From Mobula hypostoma (Eukaryota): a stretch of 64,000 nucleotides of DNA. The position numbers and the translations under genes are program-made. Shown one piece after another: positions 59,301 through 64,000 of this stretch. The notes under the pieces were generated by a model. The model worked only from the letters and a program-made list of their open reading frames with translations, made no database searches and had not been told where the DNA came from. The stretch lies in the NCBI RefSeq assembly GCF_963921235.1, contig NC_086107.1, positions 96,720,001 to 96,784,000 of the forward strand, read 5' to 3'. Each line of letters begins with the position of its first letter. The stretch's first letter is position 1.

Positions 59301-60173
59301 ATAAAGTTAGGTCTGATGGAACTTGACATTTAATTTCCAAATCCCCACTAAGTTACTGTTGACTTCTTAATGCTAAACTTGAAGCAATAAAACTGTTTAA
59401 GACAATATCGAGTATTTAATGGAATGAATGCAGTTTTCAAAATTGAATATGATTAATATTTTATTTTATACTTATAGGGGAAAATACAAATGTATTTTCA
59501 ACCCAAGGACATTCTTTCCTTAAAATTCAACTCCCTGAAAGGTTTTACAGTAAGTGGTCTCAGTTTGGACACCAGGAGTTTGCAGCTCTGTATCCCTGGG
59601 CTAGGGAACACGTACAGGAGATTAATTCAAAATGAGTTTTGTGGGTCCTCGTTGTTAATCAGACTTGCGCTGGAAAACGTGTGTGAGCAGCAGTGAGAGG
59701 AACAGTTCACCGCGATCGATTCCAACGCCCAAGAACATTCAGCGAACTAGGTTGTCACACTGGGGTGAGACTGGAAACAGTATCTGGAACTTTTCGTTCA
59801 AAACTCCAGTGTGAACCTTGGCTCTGCTGTGTGTCCCCTTGAGTGAACACGAGGAAGGAAGAACGTGTCCGGCCTTCCTCACAAAACACAAGCTGGCAAA
59901 ATCCAGTGAAAGGGAATAGTACTGTCAGTCCTGCAGGTTTACTGAAACTCATTTACAACTATTGAAACATTAACATTAAATAAACTATTCAATATACATT
60001 ACGTTCATTCTTAAAATAACACTTCGGAAATGTGCAAGGGCTGATCTTTGAAGAGCTCCACTCTCTCTGAGTGGTAGGTTTGTCTTTGCTTTGTACCTTT
60101 ACAATACGCCTTTTATAAAAGTCAGATTTTCCACGCGGCTCTGAGGCAGAGGAGTGGTTTTGTCTCTGTTGGT

Positions 60174-60300
60174 TCAGAGGTTACTTTCGTGCACCTCCTC
60201 CGTGTCATTGGTGAGATTCCCGTTTTCGTTCAGCCGCTTTGCCCGGTAAGTCTCGTAGAAGATGTTGTGGGTCACCTCCTTGAGATCCTGAAGGTGGGTC
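60174..60300 (-). CDS. SEPTIN3: Septin-3 last coding exon
   Basis: ccttgtAG acceptor, phase 2. Encodes (R)THLQDLKEVTHNIFYETYRAKRLNENGNLTNDTEEVHESNL*, matching the SEPT3 C-terminus as I recall it (THLQDLKEVTHNIHYETYRAKRLN...DTEESHDSNP). Confidence 0.88.
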
Positions 60301-60756
60301 CTACAAGGTGAGGGCACCATAGGAGATGCCAGGAAAGGGGCAGAGTGACAGTGGTGGAGAGAAGTTGGAGATACCAAAGGTGGCAAGGGTCAGGATGAGA
60401 GGAGGGCATAAGTAGAGGAAAGAGAAAGTAGCAAGAGAGTTACGCCGGTTTGGGAAGAAACCGATAGAGAGAAGCAGAGGAGAGTCCAAAAATATCAAAA
60501 AGATACGTTGCACGAGGAGGAAAGGCAAAAATGTTGGAAGGGTAAAGAAGATGAGAAAGAGGGGAAAATAGTGAAAGGGAGAGATGGTTGCAGAACAGGA
60601 TGAGATTGGGAAACATAGATCATGATATAGAGAATGAAATGGTTAGGAAAAGGGAAAAGGAGGACGAGATATATGTAAGAGAGACCAGGAGAGAGATTTA
60701 TAAAATGCCAATAAAAATCCTCTGAATTCAATCTTACATGTGTAAAGAATTGTTAC

Positions 60757-60808
60757 CTGACAATGAGATCCCGGAGAAGAGGAAATTCGCAGTGAGTGAC
60801 GTTCTCAA
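60757..60808 (-). CDS. SEPTIN3: Septin-3 penultimate coding exon
   Basis: tttccctctAG acceptor and GTAACA donor, 52 nt, phase 1 to 2. Encodes VENVTHCEFPLLRDLIVR (septin unique element). Earlier exons were not found and probably lie beyond 64000. Confidence 0.88.
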
Positions 60809-62654
60809 CTAGAGGGAAATGGGAAAAACAGTCAGAATGTGGCAGTATTTTCACAGAGAAACCCCTGTACAGTGGGCAGTGAAGCATCTATTCAGTGTGT
60901 ACTCTGATGAAGTGAAGTAAAGGGGAGGCTTTATATATAAAATAATGATATAACTAAATTAAGCTGAGCTTGCTAAGACAGGGCTGAAGGATGTCGGTGT
61001 TGCTGGAAACCAGACTGATGCATGGTAACCAGGTCTTGGTGGTTTGAAGAACTTCGGCTCAATGCTCGGACCAGAGGTTGGGCCACTCCAGTTCCCACTC
61101 AGTATTTAGTTCCAAGAGGGATTCAGTACTTTGGAACTGGTCAGTCAAAGGGGAGAGCAGGTGACTATGTGAGACACATCTGGGAATTCAGAAGGCAGCA
61201 ATGGATTTTCCACCGGGAACAGAATTCTTACAACCTCTGTGGATGGGAACTGAGGATCCAGGAAAAGTGTACAGCTTTCTACATCATAGTACGGGGCCTA
61301 TTCAATCTGAGAGACTGAAAGAGAACATGGTAGTGATAGGAACAGTAACACTGAGAAGGAATGATGTTCATTGCTCATAGACAAAGGTTCCCTTTCTGCC
61401 AAAGGAATTTTATATAAAGATTAAGAACGGTTTAAACCAAAAATAAAGGAAACCATGTGAGTTTTAGATTCAAGGCTAAAGTAGATTGGGAAATTATATG
61501 AAAATATACGAAAGTAAATGAACAATTTCTAACTTCCAGACCTGGCCTCAAGCTGTCTTGATATTTGCAGTGTCAGGCCAGTGATGCAGTAGTGACCCAT
61601 TGGCACACTGTTTGTGCACAAGAAACGTAGACAATTACTTGAAGTGTCAGCTTGAGTTGGTAACCGAAGGAATGAAAGTGCACCGGGTTAGAAACTGATG
61701 AGCTGGTGACCTGTCAGGAGGTCAGCTGCAAGTCACAGTGAGATATGGCATTGAAAAAGGCCCTTTGTTCACCGGCTCTGGGAATAAAGGCACCTTTTTT
61801 TGCACTAATCCTGCCTCAGCCCATTTTGTCCTCCATCAGCTCCCCTCCGAAAGTCTCTGTAAGTTAATCCACAGTGGAGAAACGTTCCTGCCAATGTTGA
61901 CAGGGCACAGATCCCTGTTCCCAAACAAACTGTGTCAAAAGTTTGGAATCTCAGAAGAATATACTTTCCCACAGAAAGAGTCAACTTTGGCCCATCGACT
62001 CCATGCTGGCCCATAGACCAATCCCATTTCTCATTGACTTTCCCTGAAACTTATTCTCCCACATTTCTATCAATCCCTGCCCCCTTCCCCCCAAGATTTC
62101 ACCACTCACCCACACACCAGGGGCAATATACAGTGGCAGTTCACCCACCAATCTGTGCATCTTTGGGATGCAGAAAAAACCCATGTGGTCACAGGGAGAA
62201 TGTGCATACTGACAGTGCCGGAGGTTGGGATTGAACCTGGATCGCTGGAGTCACGTCATTGTGTCATTCATAGAGCTTCAGTAATTTCCTTAACATCCTG
62301 GAGGAGACGTCAGGATCCTTTGGTGGTTTGTCTACAACTCCCACCAATGTTTTCCACCTTTGCTGTCTGAATCCGTCGCACTCTTGGATATTCTGAGTTA
62401 TCATTCTTCCTCTTTTCCTTCTGTCAGGACCACCTCGCCTCCTTCTCCATTTTGCCCATTTGGTTCGAAATGTTACCTACCCTGGAAAGTTTGGTTCCTG
62501 CACTTTGGAACTACATCTCTGTGAGGTCGGAGTAAATTTTTCAATATCAGTTGAGTCGAAAGGGTTTATAGCTGTACCGATTGGGTGAGGTTTTACGCTA
62601 AACCTAGTGACTATATTTACATTATTCGTGAGTGTCCTCCTGCAATCTTTTTAA

Positions 62655-63130
62655 AGGTAACACACACACTGCTGGAGAAACTCAGCAGATCAGGCAGCAT
62701 CTACGGAAAAGAGTAAACCATCGATGTTATGGGCTGAGACCCTTCATCACGACTGGAAAGGAAGAGGAGAAGTCAGGGTAAGAAGGTGGGGGAGGGAAGA
62801 AAGAAGTACAAGGTGGGTGATGATATATGAAACCAGTAGAGGGGGAGATGGTGAAGTAAAGAGCTGGGAAAGTGATTGGTGAAAGAGATGAAGGGCTGGA
62901 AAAGGAAGTGATGGGTATGTAAGGAGATGAGGTAAGAGAGGGAGACAGGAATGGGGAATGGTGATGGTGGATGGGAGTAACTACCGGAAGTTTCAGAAAT
63001 CAACATTCAAGCCATCAGGTTTGAGGCTATCCAGACGGAATACAAGATGTTGCTCCTCCAACCTGAGTGTGGCCTCATCGCAGCAGTAGAGGAGGCCATG
63101 GACTGACATGTCAGAATGGGAATGGGTGGT
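62655..63130 (-). mobile_element. Penelope-like 3' fragment
   Basis: Reverse complement of the same family, including the GIY-YIG tail and a decayed hammerhead (~62720-62757). Confidence 0.75.
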
Positions 63131-64000
63131 GGGTGATGGTTTCTGGCAGTGAAGCTGCGCAGGGTTGAAAAGCCAATTGACAGTGGTGTTACACTGTAGG
63201 GGTAGTGATTAGGATGTGGTTCAATAGTTCAGTAGTTACAATTCCCTATCAGAGAACGTACACTGTATTCAACTTGAAATCCTTACTCTTCACAGACATC
63301 CACAAAACAGAAGAAAACCCCCAAAGAATAAATGACAGGAAAATGTTAGAACTCCAAAGCCTGCCCATCTCTCCCAGGCACAAGCAGCAAGAAATCATCA
63401 ACCCTTCCCCTTCCCCCTCCCTTCACTCATTCCATCAGAAAGCACCTGTCCCCCCCTTACACCACCTACCACACAAGCCCCCAAAAAGACCATCATCTAG
63501 AGGTGCTAGGAGGTGAGCTGCTGTGGACCTGAACCTGAATATCTAGCCAAGAATACTTGGACGAGGGTAGCTCCTCCCCTGGGTGGAAGCTTCAACTCCC
63601 TTAGGAAAGTGAGGACTGGTTTAGAAGGTGAGACTGTTCAGACCCCAGAAGTGGCAACTGAGAAACCCTCCACCGTCAAAGATGAAGAATATTGGCCATG
63701 GCAGTGGATACCTGGAGTAATGGGGATTGACTGATGATAAGATACGAGTTTGAAATGTACTGGGAAAGGGAAGTCAAAGTGTTCTCAGGCTGAGGTTGAG
63801 AAATAAGCTGTATTTTCCACGGGGTGAGCTCTGAGCTCATTGAGTTTGGAGGGAAGAGGAACTTGCCTTTAGAGTGAAAGGAAAGAAATGTTATAACATT
63901 GATTAAACAAGGGAACAAGGCAACTCCCAGCTGAGATAGTAGCTGGCAAACATTGTTGAGAGAAGTTACCCATTAAGAGGATTTGTATCAGTGACTCAAT

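Overview
Vertebrate genomic DNA, most likely a cartilaginous fish (batoid-like repeat families). It is rich in CR1, Rex1, L1, R4/Dong, Penelope-like and LTR elements, SINEs and hAT MITEs. The main result is a gene the ORF track only shows in fragments. By hand I assembled a + strand, phase-consistent gene over 7332-45840: leader, germline-joined VJ Ig domain (WFMQRPGQGP, DAGVYYC, FGTGT), compact C1-like domain, uncharged TM, and a cytoplasmic tail with a Gln-rich hexapeptide repeat and a terminal ITIM (VHYSTL). It looks like a non-rearranging antigen-receptor-like inhibitory receptor of about 409-426 aa. It appears to share a CpG-island promoter head-to-head with an unidentified - strand gene. 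The last two exons of SEPTIN3 lie on the - strand at 60.2-60.8 kb. The receptor introns hold a young Penelope-like fold-back palindrome with two intact hammerhead ribozyme motifs and a 15-bp TSD, an L1 with an intact ORF2, a near-full-length CR1, solo LTRs and a G-rich minisatellite. All gene models are manual, with no transcript or database evidence.
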